Assembly: GCF_036365525.1 (NCBI RefSeq)
Contig: NW_027140807.1
Span: 1,116,001 to 1,180,000 of the forward strand
Direction of reading: 5' to 3'
Length of the DNA: 64,000 nt
Source of the DNA: Heterodontus francisci
Taxonomy: Eukaryota
This document shows positions 12,901 to 25,169 of the stretch, one piece after another. The position numbers and the translations under genes were made by a program. The notes below the pieces were generated by a model, which saw only the letters and a list, made by a program, of their open reading frames with translations, was not told where the DNA came from and did not search any database. Position 1 is the first letter of the stretch. The number at the start of each line of letters is the position of its first letter.

Positions 12901-15900
12901 ATCGTCACTGTGACAGCTCGACGCCTGTGCAACTAACCTACTCCCACTCCTGCTATTTCCCCGTCGCACTGCAGATTGTTTCGCCAATGACAATTTTCCA
13001 ATTCCCTTTTGAAAGCCTCAATTGAACCTACCTCCAGCACACTCTCAGGCAGTGCATTTCAGATCCTAACCACACGCTGTGTGAAAAGGTTTTACTGTCT
13101 CTGTTGTAATTTTTACCACTCACCTAAAACCGGTGCCCTCTAGTTCTGGATCCTCCCACCAATGGGACATAGGGGTGTGGGGCATAGTTACTGGGGGAGA
13201 GGGATGTAGTGACTGAGGGGAGAAGGTTGCACTGACCGAGGTGAGTGGGATATAGTGACTGAGGGCAGTGGGACATTGTGACTGAGGGCAGTGGGATATA
13301 GTGAGTGAGGGGAGAGGGATGTAGTGACTGAGGGGAGTGGGACAGAGTGACTTAGGGTAGTGGGATATAGTGAGTGAGGGGAGAAGGATGTAGTGACTGA
13401 GGGGAGTGGGACATAGTGACTTAGGGTAGTGGGATATAGTGAGTGAGGGGAGAAGGATGTAGTGACTGAGGGGAGTGGGACATAGTGACTGAGGGGAGTG
13501 GGATATAGTCATTGAGGGCAGTGGGACATAGTGACTGAAGGCAGTGGGATATAGTGATTGAGGGCACTGGGATGTAGTAACTGAGCGGAGTGGGACGTAG
13601 TGACTGAGGGCCGTGGGATATAGTGACTTAGGGCAGTGGGATGTATTGACTTTGCGGAGTGGGATGTGGTAACTGCGGAGAGTGGGATGTAGTGACTGAG
13701 GTGAGTGGGATACAGTGACTGAGGGGAGTGGGATACAGAGACTGAGGGTAGTATGATGCAGTGTCTGAGGGGAGTGGAATACAGCAACTGAGGGGAGTGT
13801 GATGCAGTCACTGAGGGTAGTGTGATACAGTGTCTGAGGGGAGTATGAAACAGTCACTGAGGGGAGTGTGATGCAGCGACTGAGGGTAGTGAGATACAGT
13901 GTCTGAGGGGAACTTGATACAGTGACTGAGGGTAGTGTGATGCAGTGACAGAGGGGGTGTGATACAGTGAGTGAGGGGAGTGTGATACAGTGACTGAGGG
14001 GAATGTGATACAGTGACTGAGGGGAGTGTGATACAATGACAGAGGAAGTGTGATACAGTGACAGAGTGGAGTCTGACACAGTGAGTGAGGGGAGTGTGAT
14101 ACAGTGACTGAGGGGAGTGTGATGCAGTACAGAGGGAAGTGTGATACTGTGACTGAGCGAGTGTGACACAGTGACTGAGGGGAGTGTGATACAGTGTCTG
14201 AGGGGAGTGTGATACAGTGTCTGAGGGGAGTGCGATACAGTGACTGAGGGGAATGTGATACATGACTGAGGGGAGTGTGATACAGAGTCTGAGGGGAGTA
14301 TGAAACAGTCACTGAGGGGAGTGTGATGCAGCGACTGAGGGTAGTATGATACAGTGTCTGAGGGGAACTTGTTACAGTGACTGAGGTTAGTGTGATGCAG
14401 TGACAGAGGGAGTGTGATACAGTGACAGAGGGGAATGTGATACAGTGAGTGAGGGGAGTGTGATGCAGTGACTGAGGGGAATGTGATACAGTGACTGAGG
14501 GGAGTGTGATACAATGACAGAGGAAGTGTGATACAGTGACAGAGTGGAGTCTGACACAGTGAGTGAGGGGAGTGTGATACAGTGACTAAGGGGAGTGTGA
14601 TGCAGTGACAGAGGGAAGTGTGATACTGTGACTGAACGAGTGTGACACAGTGACTGAGGGGAGTGTGATGGAGTGACTCAAGGACTGTGATACAGTGTCT
14701 GAGGGGAGTAGGATACGGTCACTGAGGGGAGTGGGATGCAGCGACTGAGTGTACTGTGACACCGTGACTGAGGGGAGTATGATACAGTCACTGAGGGGAG
14801 TGGGATGCAGCGAATGAGGGTAGTGTGATCGAGTGACTGTGGGGAGTGGAATACATTGACTGAGAGGAATGTGATATAGTGACTGAGGGAAGTGTGATAC
14901 AGTGACTGAGAGAGTGTGATGCAGTGACTGAGGGGAGTGTGATGCAGTGACTGAGGTGAGTGTGATACAGTGACTGAGGTGAGTGGGATACAGTGAGTGA
15001 GGGGAGTATGATATAGTGACTGAGGTGAGTGTGATGCAGTGACCGCTGGGAGTGTGATGCAGTGACTGCTGGGAGTGTGATACAGTGACTGAGGGGAGTG
15101 TGACGCAGTAATGTAGTGAACAGGATGGAAGATAACGGTTTTATAAAGATTGTTATCTGTCATTCTCCTGACACGAGCACCATCCTGTTGACCTGATGTG
15201 TTTTTCTCCATGTCTCGCTTTGCAATGTCTCCCTCCCTTTAATACAGAACCCGTGACTTCCCAAACTCAGGAATCCGAGGAACAATCGACTAGAGAATCT
15301 ACTGAGGTTTCGTCCTCCACCCCAGCGGGTTCTGGAAGCTCAGGTACCTGTCATGTGGGGTCATCATCGCAGAATCATGGTATCAGTGACTGGTTACAGC
15401 ACAGGAAGAGGCCATTGAGCCCATCATCACCTTGACAGCTCTATGCCTGTGCAACTCATCTACACCCACTCCTGCAATTTCCCCGTCGCACTGCAGATTA
15501 TTTCTCCAATGACAATTTTCCAATTCCCTTTTGAAAGCCTCAATTGAACCTGCCTCCAGCACACTCTCAGGAAGTGCATTTCAGATCCTAACCACTCGCT
15601 GTGTGAAAAGGTTTTCCTGTCTCTGTTGTGACTTTTACCACTCACCTAAAACCGGTGCCCTCCAGTTCTGGATCCTCCCACCAATGGGACTTAGGGGAGT
15701 GGGGCATAGTTAGTGGGGGAGATGGATGTAGTGACTGAGGGGAGAAGGTTGCACTGACCGAGGTGAGTGGGATATAGTGACTGAGGGCAGTGGGGCATAG
15801 TGACTGAGGGCAGTGGGATATAGTGAGTGAGGGGAGAGGGATGTAGTGACTGAGGGGAGTGGGACAGAGTGACTTAGGGTAGTGGGTTATAGTGAGTGAG

Positions 15901-18900
15901 GGGAGAGGGATGTAGTGACTGAGGGGAGTGGGACATAGTGTCTGAGGGGAGTGGGATGTAGTTACTGAGGGCAGCTGGACATAGTGATTGAGGGCAGTGG
16001 GATGTCGTGACTGAGGGGAGTGAGACATAGTGAATGAGGGGAGTGGGATATAGTGAGTGAGGGGAGAGGGATATAGTGACTGAGGGGAGTGGGATATAGT
16101 TACTGAGGGCAGTAGGACATAGTGATTGAGGGCAGTGGGATATAGTCATCGAGGGGTGCGGAACATAGTGACTGAGGGGAGTGGGATATAGTCATTCAGG
16201 GGAGTGGGATATAGTCATTGTGGGCAGTGGGACATAGTGACTGAGGGCAGTGGGACATAGTCACTGAGGTGAGTGGGATATAGTGACTGATGGGATATGG
16301 ATGCAGTGATTGAGGGCAGTGGGAGATAGTCACTGAGCACAGTGGGTCGTAGTGACTGAGGGCAGTGCGATGCAGCGACTGAGGGTAGTGTGATGCAGTG
16401 TCTGAGGGGGATGTGATACAGTGACAGAGGGGAGTGTGATACAGTGACTGAGGGGAGTGCGATAAAGTTACGGAGTGGAGTGTTATACACTAACTGAGGG
16501 GATTGGGATACAGTGACTGAAGGGAGTGTGATACAGTGATTGAGGGGAGTGCGATAAAGTTACGGAGTGGAGTGTTATACACTAACTGAGGGGATTGGGA
16601 TACAGTGACTGAAGGGAGTGTGTTTCAGTGACTGAGGGCTGTGGGATGCAGTGACTGAGGGGAGTAGGATACAGACACAAAGGGGAGTGGGATGCAGCGA
16701 CTGAGGGTAGTGTGATACAGTGACTGAGGGGAGTGTGATACAGTCACTGAGGAGAGGGGAATGCAGCGACTGAGGGGAGTGGTTTACAGTGACTGAAGGG
16801 AGTGTGATACAGTGACTGAGGGGTGTGGGATGCAGTGACAGAGGGGAGTAGGATACAGACACTGAGGGGAGTGGGATGCAGCGACTGAGGGTAGTGTGAT
16901 ACAGTGACTGAGGGGAGTATGATACAGTCACTGAGGAGAGTGGAATGCAGCGACTGAGGGGAGTGGGATAGAGTGACTGAAGGGAGTGTGATACAGTGAC
17001 TGAGGGGTGTGGGATGCAGTGACTGAGGGGAGTAGGATACAGTCACTGAGGGGAGTGGGATGCAGCGACTGAGGGTAGTGTGATACAGTGACTGAGGGGA
17101 GTGTGATACAGTCACTGAGGAGAGGGGAATGCAGCGACTGAGGGGAGTGGTTTACAGTGACTGAAGGGAGTGTGATACAGTGACTGAGGGGTGTGGGATG
17201 CAGTGACTGAGGGGAGTAGGAAACAGTCACTGAGCGGAGTGGGATGCAGCCACTGAGGGTAGTGTGTTACAGTGACTGAGGGGAGTATGATACAGTCACT
17301 GAGGAGAGTGGAATGCAGCGACTGAGGGGAGTGTGATAGAGTGACTGAGGGGAGTGTGATAGAGTGACTGAGGGGAGTGTGATACAGTGACTAAGGGGAG
17401 CATTATACAGTGGCTGAGAGAGTGTGATACGGTGACTGGGGGAGAGTGATACAGTGACTGTGGGGAGTGTGATACACTGTCTGAGGAGAGTGGGATGCAG
17501 TGACTGAGGGGAGTGTGATGCAGTGTCTGAGGAGAGTGTGATACAGTGACTGAGGGGAGTGTGATGCAGTGACTGAGGGGAGTGTGATACAGTGACTGAG
17601 GGGAGTGTGATGCAGTGACTGAGGGGAGTGTGATACAGTGACTGAGGGGAGTGTGATGCAGTGACTGAGGGGAGTGTGATACAGTGACTGAGGGGAGTGT
17701 GATACAGTGACTGAGGGGAGTGTGATGCAGTGACTGAGGGGAGTGTGATACAGTGACTGAGGGGAGTGTGATGCAGTGACTGAGGGGAGTGTGATACAGT
17801 GACTCAGGGAGTGTGATACAGTGATTGAGTGGAGTGCGATAAAGTTACGGAGGGTAGTGTTATACACTGTCTGAGGGGATTGGGATACAGTGACCGAAGG
17901 GAGTGTGATTCAGAGACTGAGGGGAGTGTGATACAGTCACTGAGGGGAGTGGGATGCAGCGACTGAGGAGAGTATTATACAGTGACTGAGGGGAGTGTGA
18001 TACAGTGACTCCGGGAGTGTGATACAGTGATTGAGGGGAGTGCGATAAAGTTACAGAGGGGAATGTGATACAGTGTCTGAGGGTAGTATGATACAGTCAC
18101 TGAGGGGAGTGCGATGCAGCGACTGAGGGGAGTATGATACAGTCACTGAGGAGAGGGGAATGCAGCGACTGAGGGGAGTGGGATACAGTGACTGAAGGGA
18201 GTGTGATACAGAGACTGAGGGGTGTGTGATACAGTGACTGAAGGGAGTGTGATCCAGTGACTGGAGGAGTGTGATACAGTGACTGAGGGGTGTGGGATGC
18301 AGTGACTGAGGGGAGTGCGATGCAGCGACTGAGGGGAGTGTGATACAGTGTCTGAGGGTAGTATGATACAGTCACTGAGGGGTGTGCGATGCAGCGACTG
18401 AGGGGAGTGTGATGCAGTGTCTGAGGGGGATGTGATACAGTGACTGAGGGTAGTGTGATACAGTCACTAAGGGGGATGTGATACAGTGACAGAGGGTAGT
18501 GTGATGCAGTGACTGAGGGGAGTGTGATGCAGTGACTGAGGGGAGTGTGATACAGTCACTGAGGAGAGGGGAATGCAGCGACTGAGGGGAGTGGGATACA
18601 GTGACTGAAGGGAGTGTGATACAGTCACTGAGGGGAGTGCGATGCAGCGACTGAGGGGAGTGTGATGCAGTGTCTGAGGGGAGTGGGATACAGTGACTGA
18701 AGGGAGTGTGATACAGTGACTGAGGGGTGTGGGATGCAGTGACTGAGGGGAGTGGGATACAGTCACTGAGGGGAGTGGGATGCAGCGACTGAGGGTAGTG
18801 TGATGCAGTGACTGAGGGGAGTATGATACAGTCACTGAGGAGAGTGGAATGCAGTGGCTGAGGGGAGTGTGATAGAGTGACTGAGGGGAGTGGGATACAG

Positions 18901-21900
18901 TGACTGAGGTGAGCGTGATACAGTGAAAGAGGGAAGTGGGATACAGTGACTGAGAGAGTGTGATACAGTGACTGAGAGAGTGTGATACAGTGACAGAGGG
19001 AAGTGGGATACAGTGACTGAATGTGTGGGATACAGTGACTGAGGGGTGTGTGATACTGCAACAGCGGGGAGTGCGATACAGTGACTGATAGAGTGTGATA
19101 CAGTGACTGGGGGAGAGTGATACAGTGACTGAGGGGAGTGTGATACACTGACTGAGAGAGTGTGATACAGTGACTGAGGGGAGTGTGATACAGTGACTGG
19201 GGGAGAGTGATACAGTGACTGAGGGGAGTGTGATACACTGACTGAGAGAGTGTGATACAGCGACTGAGGGAAGTGGGATACAGTGACTGAATGTGTGGGA
19301 TACAGTGACTGAGGGGAGTGTGATACAGTGACTGAGGGAAGTGGGATACAGTGACTGAATGTGTGGGATACAGTGACTGATAGAGTGTGATACAGTGACT
19401 GGGGGAGTGTGATACTGCGACAGCGGGGAGTGCGATACAGTGACTGATAGAGTGTGAAACAGTGACTGGGGGAGTGTGATACATTGACTGAGGGGAGTGT
19501 GATACTCTGTCTGAGTAGAGTGGGATGCAGTGACTGAAGCGAATATAATGCAGTGACTGAGTGGAGTGTGATACATTGAATGAGGGGAGTGTGAGACTCT
19601 GTCTGAGGGGAGTGGGATACAGTGAACTGAAGGGAGTGTGATACTGTGACTGGGGGAGTGTGATACAGTGACTGAGGAGAGTGTGATACACTGTCTGAGG
19701 GGAGTGGAGTGCAGTGACTGAAGGGAATATAATGCAGTGACTGAGGGGAGTGTGATACAGTGCCTGAGGGGCGTGTGTTGCAGTGACTGAGGGGAGTGTG
19801 ATACAGTGCCTGAGGGGCGTGTGTTGCAGTGACTGAGGGGAGTGTGATACAGCGACTGAGGAGAGTGTAATGCAGTGACTGAGGGGACTGTGATAGAGAC
19901 TGAGGGCAGCATGATGCTCAAACTCAGGAATCCGAGGAACAATAGACGAGAGAATCTACTGAGGTTTCATCCACTACCCGAGCGGGCTCTGGAAGCTAAG
20001 GTATCTGCTTTGTGGGGTTATCATCGCAGAATCATGGAATCAAAGACTGGTTACGGCACAGAAAGTTTCTGTTCAGCCCATCTTCACTGAGCCAGCTCTC
20101 TGGCAGTGCAACTCACCTACTCCCACTCCTGCCATTTTCCTGTCGCCCTGCAGATTTTTTCTGCCATGACAATTATCCAATTCCCTTTTGAAAGCCTCAA
20201 TTAAACCTGCCTCCAGCACACTCTCATGCAGTGCATTTCAGATCCTAACCACTCACTGTGTGAAAAGGTTTCCCTGTCTCTGTTGTGACTTTTACCACTC
20301 ACCTAAATGCGTTGCTCTCTAGTTCTGGATCCTCCCACCAAGAGGAACAGTTTTTCCCTGACTACTCTGTCCAGTTCCCTCTTGATTATGAACATCTTGC
20401 TCAAATCTCGTCTTAATCGTCTCTTCTCCACGGAGAACAGCCCCAGCTTCTCCGATCTATTCATGTCACTGACGTCCCTCATCCCGGGAACCATTCTGGT
20501 AAATCTTCTCTGCACCCTCTCGAATACCTTAACATCCTTCCTAAGTATTGACCGCTCTCTCGACCTGTCTTGCCACCTTCAATGATTTGTGCACATGTCC
20601 CCCCAGGTCCCTCTGCCCCTGCACCTCCTTTAGAATTGTAGCCTTTATTTTATATTGCCTCTCGTTCGTCCGACCAAAATGAATCACTTCACAATTCTCT
20701 GTGATAAATTTCATTTGCCAGTGTCTGCCCATCCCACCAGCCTGTCTATGACCTCCTGACGTCTATCACTGTCCTCCTCACAGTTCACAATACAACCAGG
20801 TTTTGTGCCATCTGCAGAATTTGAAAGTGTGCCCTGTACGCCCCAGTCTATGTCATTAATATATACATCAGGAAAAACAGTGGTCTGAGCAATATTAGAG
20901 AGCAAAGCACAGATGCACAGAGAATTAGGAGGGACAGATAACACTGGAGTCGATAAGAGTATCGTATTAGACGGGGGCAGTGGAAGAGGAAAGGAGATAA
21001 GCTGTAAATTCAGTTTAATGTGTGTGTATATGGATGCACGGAGAGTGGTAAATAAGGTTGTTGAGCTTCAGGCGCAGATAGCCACGTGGAAATATGATGT
21101 TGTGGCAATAACAGGGTCCTGGCTCTAAGTGGGGCAGGACTGGGTAGTGAATATTCCTGACTACAAGGTGTTCAGGAAAGAGAGGGGAGGAAGGAAAGGA
21201 GGAGGGGTATCAGTATTGATTAAGGGGAACATTGCAGTGCTGTTTTCTTTTCTCTCTCTTGTTCTCACTCATTCCAGATCTCCCTTACTCTTTTCTGTCT
21301 CACTCCTGTCGCCTTCCCTCCTTTTCTCTCATTCCTGCTCTCTGTTGTTCTCTGACTCCACTTTCCCCCTGTCGTTTCGCTGATCACTTTGATAATCTCC
21401 TGAATTTTCTCTGTTAGTTTTTTTTCCTTGTCGGAGTCGTAACTGATTCTGCAGCCGATGATGTCTGGTGTCTCCCCTCGTTAAAGGCTGGTATACATTG
21501 ATTCAGTGTGTCGAGGGAGTTAGATTACATACGAGAGGAGGTTCTGTGTTAAAACACTTCTGTCCACTCATCCAGCGTTCTGAATCCCAGTGAAATTCCT
21601 CTTGTCTTTATTTGATCCTCTCAGACTCGGGGATTCCGTCGACTCCCGAGGAACCTCCCGACTCCCAGCCTGTTTCTGATGATGGTGGGAATATTTCAGA
21701 TTCTCCACATTTCAGGAATATTAAATCCCTCCTCCTGTCTCAGTCTGGCACAAATATATCAGGACCGAGGGCCTCCAAACAGCTGTGTGATCGCTCTGTG
21801 TAGGGAAACCCATCATTCTCACTCTCTCTCTCTGCCTTGTCTGTGCTGTCAGACAAGAGTTGCAGTCACTTGTGTTCAGTCTGAGTGGAATCATTGGGAA

Positions 21901-23456
21901 ACACAGAAACGTAAACGTTCAGAAATTCCTTCAGAAATATCTTTGAGCTTCTATCTCACATCCCTCACTCTCTTACTCTCAGTTTTATCTCTGTCTCTCC
22001 TTTATCTGCCTTTCACACGCATATATAAATATATTTAATTTCTGTAACCGCCTCTCTCCGATTTGGGTCTCAGTTTCTCCAGCTCCCTCTTTCGCCTCAC
22101 TCTGTCTCCCACTCTCTCTGATGTTCTGTCTCCCTGTCTGTCTCTCTGACTCTCACTTTCTCTCTCTCTGTCTCTCTCACAGATGCTCTTTGTCTGTTTC
22201 TCTGTCTTTGTCTTTGTCAGAGGGACAGAGAGCATCAGAGAGAGAGAGAGAGAGTGAGAGTGAGAGACAGAGACAGAGAAAAGGGCAGTGAGACCGGAGT
22301 AAACACGGAATGCAAATGATCTCGGGAGATGGAACAAGAGGCAACGGAGAAGAGAGTGCAGGATAGAGGATGATAACACAGGGAGGGCAGATTAGAGACA
22401 AGACGAGTTGAGATAGAGAGACTAACAGAGACAGATGAACAAACGAGTTTATGACAAACTGGAGGAAAGAGAGTTTAAATTAGAGAGGAGAGATCATTCG
22501 AAATACGTCCCGTGCCCTGTGCTAAACTCTGGGTGTGTTCAACCTGTTGATGTTGTGACTGTTGTGTTTAGATACCAAATACAAGAGGATTAATGTGAAG
22601 ATCACTTCAATGACTGATCTGGATGATGAAACTGCAAAGAGAATCGTTGTGGAGAGGGTGAGAGACTGCACTGTATAGAGGAGAAACACGGGAGACAACA
22701 GATCCTACCTCTCACTGTCTGTATTCACTGAATGGGAACTCCAGGTCATTATTTAAACAGCTCTAATTCCCCTCTGCTTATCTTCTGGTCCCCCAGATCA
22801 GGCTTGTGAGGGGTTGAATGGGCTTCCTCCTGAGCCTGTGTGAAAGGCTCGAGAGCGGGTGAGGGGGCTGAATGGCCTTCTCCTGTTCCTGTGTAAGAAC
22901 TCGAAAGAGGGGCTCAATGGCCTCCTCCTGTTCCTGTGTAACAGATTCGAGGGGATGAATGGCCTCCTCGTTGTACGGTAACCTCTCTCTGATCTTCCCT
23001 CTCACTCTCCCCATTCTCTCTTTATGTCCTTTCTATCTCTGTCTCTTTCTCTGCCTCGCTCACCCACTCTGTATTTCTCTTTCTTTGTCTTTCTTTCTGT
23101 CTGTGTCTGTCTCTCCCTCACTGCATCTCTGACGACCTCTCGCTCTCACGCCATCTGTTTCTCTACCTCTGTCTCAATCCCTGTAGCTCTCCCACCCTCC
23201 CTCTCCATCTCTCCCTCTATCTGAGTATCTTTGCCTCACCCTGTCTCTCACTGTCTTGTCCCCACCCTTTCTCCCGATCTCTGTCTGTATCCTCTCTGTC
23301 TCTTTCTATTCACTCCTCCCCTTGCAGTAATACTCATCGTTTCTCCTCTCTGCGATGCAGATGAAGCACATGTTCCAGGATCAGTGTCCACACACGAAGC
23401 TCGAATTGGATCCAGAAGACGTTCAGTGCTCGGCTAGTGAGCCTGTGGAAGTGTGA
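3325..23456 (+). CDS. Copy A: spliced gene for a uromodulin/GP2-like D8C domain + mucin-like stalk + short C-terminal domain (leader exon not in window; one stalk exon has a stop)
   Basis: Phase-compatible AG/GT exons: 3325-3469, 3622-3698, 3793-3954 (D8C); 4353-4448, 5157-5246, 7544-7639, 9978-10073, 12726-12821 (TAG at 12746), 15248-15343 (stalk); 21625-21684, 22572-22657, 23361-23456 (TGA). Exon chain derived by hand, no transcript evidence. Confidence 0.8.
4353..4448 (+). CDS. Copy A stalk exon 1 (96 nt, phase 1-1)
   Basis: tttattacag|..|gtaccc; DPETATTEEPEEQSTRESTRGSSSTPAVSGTS. Confidence 0.85.
4540..4965 (+). repeat. 23-bp minisatellite array (intronic)
   Basis: Same unit as 670-3215. 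Confidence 0.9.
5157..5246 (+). CDS. Copy A stalk exon 2 (90 nt, shifted acceptor)
   Basis: Ancestral acceptor is tattacac (AG>AC); the next AG (atccag) is in frame. ETSTTSRTKEQTTPHSIEKSPSNPIDTFTS; weak donor gtgtca. Confidence 0.5.
5470..6165 (+). mobile_element. CR1-type LINE 3' fragment (RT C-terminus and tail)
   Basis: LYKTLVRPQLEY..., LFSLEQRRLRGDLIEVYKI...RVVGIWNTL; internal stops. Confidence 0.9.
6637..7405 (+). repeat. 23-bp minisatellite array, preceded by CT-rich low-complexity DNA (about 6250-6635)
   Basis: Visible tandem unit. Confidence 0.9.
7544..7639 (+). CDS. Copy A stalk exon 3 (96 nt)
   Basis: tttattacag|..|gtatct; EPMTSQTQESEEQSTGESTEVSSSIPVGSGTP. Confidence 0.85.
7670..9400. 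mobile_element. CR1 debris cassette: inverted 3' end (about 7670-8500, -) plus endonuclease fragment (about 8640-9400, +)
   Basis: LEKMGLFSLEKRRLREDLIEVFKI on -; NKVVELQAQIATWKYAVVAITESW...GGG on +. Confidence 0.88.
9978..10073 (+). CDS. Copy A stalk exon 4 (96 nt)
   Basis: EPVTYQTQESEEQSTAESTEGPSSIPAGSGSS; AG/GT intact. Confidence 0.85.
10105..11840. mobile_element. Second copy of the same CR1 debris cassette
   Basis: Colinear with 7670-9400. Confidence 0.88.
12726..12821 (+). pseudogene. Copy A stalk exon 5 with in-frame TAG
   Basis: aa ccc gtg act tcc caa act TAG gaa (12746-12748); the equivalent exon of copy B (60688) has CAG. Confidence 0.8.
15248..15343 (+). CDS. Copy A stalk exon 6 (96 nt)
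   Basis: EPVTSQTQESEEQSTRESTEVSSSTPAGSGSS; AG/GT intact. Confidence 0.85.
19919..20000 (+). pseudogene. 5'-truncated stalk pseudo-exon
   Basis: Acceptor lost by fusion to the minisatellite; in-frame TAG and TAA; followed by the same CR1 cassette (about 20030-21240). Confidence 0.8.
20030..21240. mobile_element. CR1 debris cassette (inverted 3' end plus endonuclease fragment)
   Basis: Colinear with 7670-9400 and 10105-11840. Confidence 0.85.
21625..23456 (+). CDS. Copy A terminal exons 21625-21684, 22572-22657, 23361-23456
   Basis: DSGIPSTPEEPPDSQPVSDD / DTKYKRINVKITSMTDLDDETAKRIVVER / MKHMFQDQCPHTKLELDPEDVQCSASEPVEV*. Phases 1-1, 1-0, 0-stop all join; donors gtggga and gtgaga. Confidence 0.72.
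22795..22985 (+). repeat. Short tandem array (about 4 copies of 42-48 bp) resembling the CR1 3' tail motif GGCTGAATGGCCTCCTCCTG
   Basis: Visible repeats of gggctgaatggcc(t/c)cctcctgttcctgtgtaa. Confidence 0.65.
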
Positions 23457-24099
23457 AGGAGTTTGGACATGTCAACAAGCACCCGACACGTGTGATCCAG
23501 TCTCTGTGTGTTTTACATCCTCACTCAATCACTGTACCATCTTATCTTCGCCTTGTTTAACTCAAGGAAATTGTCAGCAAAGGGTTAATCTCCGACTAGA
23601 AGTATGCTAATGTTAAACTGTAATTGGTGTGTCTTTATACTGCAGGGGTGTGGGAGCTTTAAACTATTGCTTTGTTAAATAGAGAAGTACCATCCCATTT
23701 GTATACAGTGACCACTGGTCAGCTGAACCCAGACTAACCTGACAGCTCTGGCCAGTTTCAGGATGAAGTGATCTCAGGTTTAATGAGGGAGTTTCTTTAA
23801 AGATCTACCATTGAGTAGAGGTCCCTAAGCTTCATGGAGCTGTCAGCACTGAGAATTGGGGCAAGGAAAACAGTTCGTCCTTGTCCAAGGAGAACCTCAG
23901 GGTAGATAACATCTTTTAAATTGAGGGTTCATGCAGAATGGGGGATCGGTTGATGCTGAACTTTGCAGAATCAAAATATATTGAAAAGGAAAGCTTTCAT
24001 TGAGTACAAAGCATTTATGTGTGGCATATGTCAAATGTTTAATAACAAAGGAAGGGAGTTGTACTGAGCTCAGGAACCTCATGCTGACAACACTCCATC

Positions 24100-24600
24100 T
24101 CAATAACACCTCTGTGAATGCTTCCATTGTCTCTGCTCTGCCACACTGCTTGTCTAACATCCAATACTGGATGAGCAGCTATTTTCTCCTACTAAATATT
24201 GGGAAGACTGAAGCCAATGTCTGTGGTCCCCGACACAAATGTCATTCTTGGACCACCGACACCATCTCTGGTACCTGTCTGAAACTGATCAAGACAGTTT
24301 TCAGCCTTTGTTGTTGTGTTTGACCCCGAGATGAGTTTCCGACCACATATCCACACCATCACCAAGACTGTCCATTTCCACCTCCACACCATCTCTCGAC
24401 TCCGCCCCTGCTTCAGCTCATCTGCTGCTGAAACCCTCATCCGTGCCTCTGTTACCTCCAGACTGGACTATACCAATACTCTCCTGGCCAACCGCACATC
24501 TTTCACACTTCCTGATCTTATCCTCATACAAACATTTGCTGCCTGTATCTAAACTCACTCCGAACCCTGTTCACCCATAACCCCTGGAACTATTGCCATT
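24100..24600 (+). mobile_element. L2-type LINE fragment
   Basis: LLLNIGKTEA..., SAAETLIRASVTSRLDYTNTLLA, typical of the L2 RT C-terminus. Confidence 0.8.
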
Positions 24601-25169
24601 CACTGACTCCCTGCTCCTCTCCAATTTCCCAATATTAACATCCTGACCAGTCTGTTGAACTGTTGTGAAATGACTCATTGGTCACAGCTCTCTAGTGTAA
24701 CAATGTAAAACGTCTGCAATAAGTGAACATGGCTGTGTATCTTCCATTGATGGACATTCAAACAAGGAGAGCTGCAGCATGGAAAGGCTTTTTAACGTGT
24801 TTGACTTCCTGACCACCCAGTGTGATTGCAAATCTGATTATAAACTGTGTGTTTAAAGTTTTATTGCATTCTCTGTCTGCTAAATATATCTATGAATATT
24901 GAACCTGACCGTCTCAAGAAGCTGATTGATTTTGCTGCAATGGCTTTACCATCTGATCATGGAAATCCAGTTTTTTTTTTGTTCTGGGAGGGAATACTCA
25001 CTGTTAAATGATTGCTGAGTGCTGAGATCAGAAGGGATGTGACTGTACGTGGTGGGACTGCCCAGCATTCCCCAAACCTTGTGCTACTCCATTCTATTCT
25101 GGTCTGTGCTTCCACCCTGGATAATCCAGCTCATTCAAGGCCTGACAGAGGAAAATGAGAAATCCTGAC

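Larger units (their letters stand above)
11920..19910 (+). repeat. Large 23-bp minisatellite arrays (about 11920-12590, 13170-15110, 15690-19910) separated by stalk exons and short CR1 ends
   Basis: Visible tandem unit; source of ORFs such as 13120..14514 and 18467..19942. Confidence 0.95.

Noticed and set aside
670-19910. Regular repeats as a CRISPR array
   Set aside because: Eukaryotic context, no unique spacers, no cas genes.
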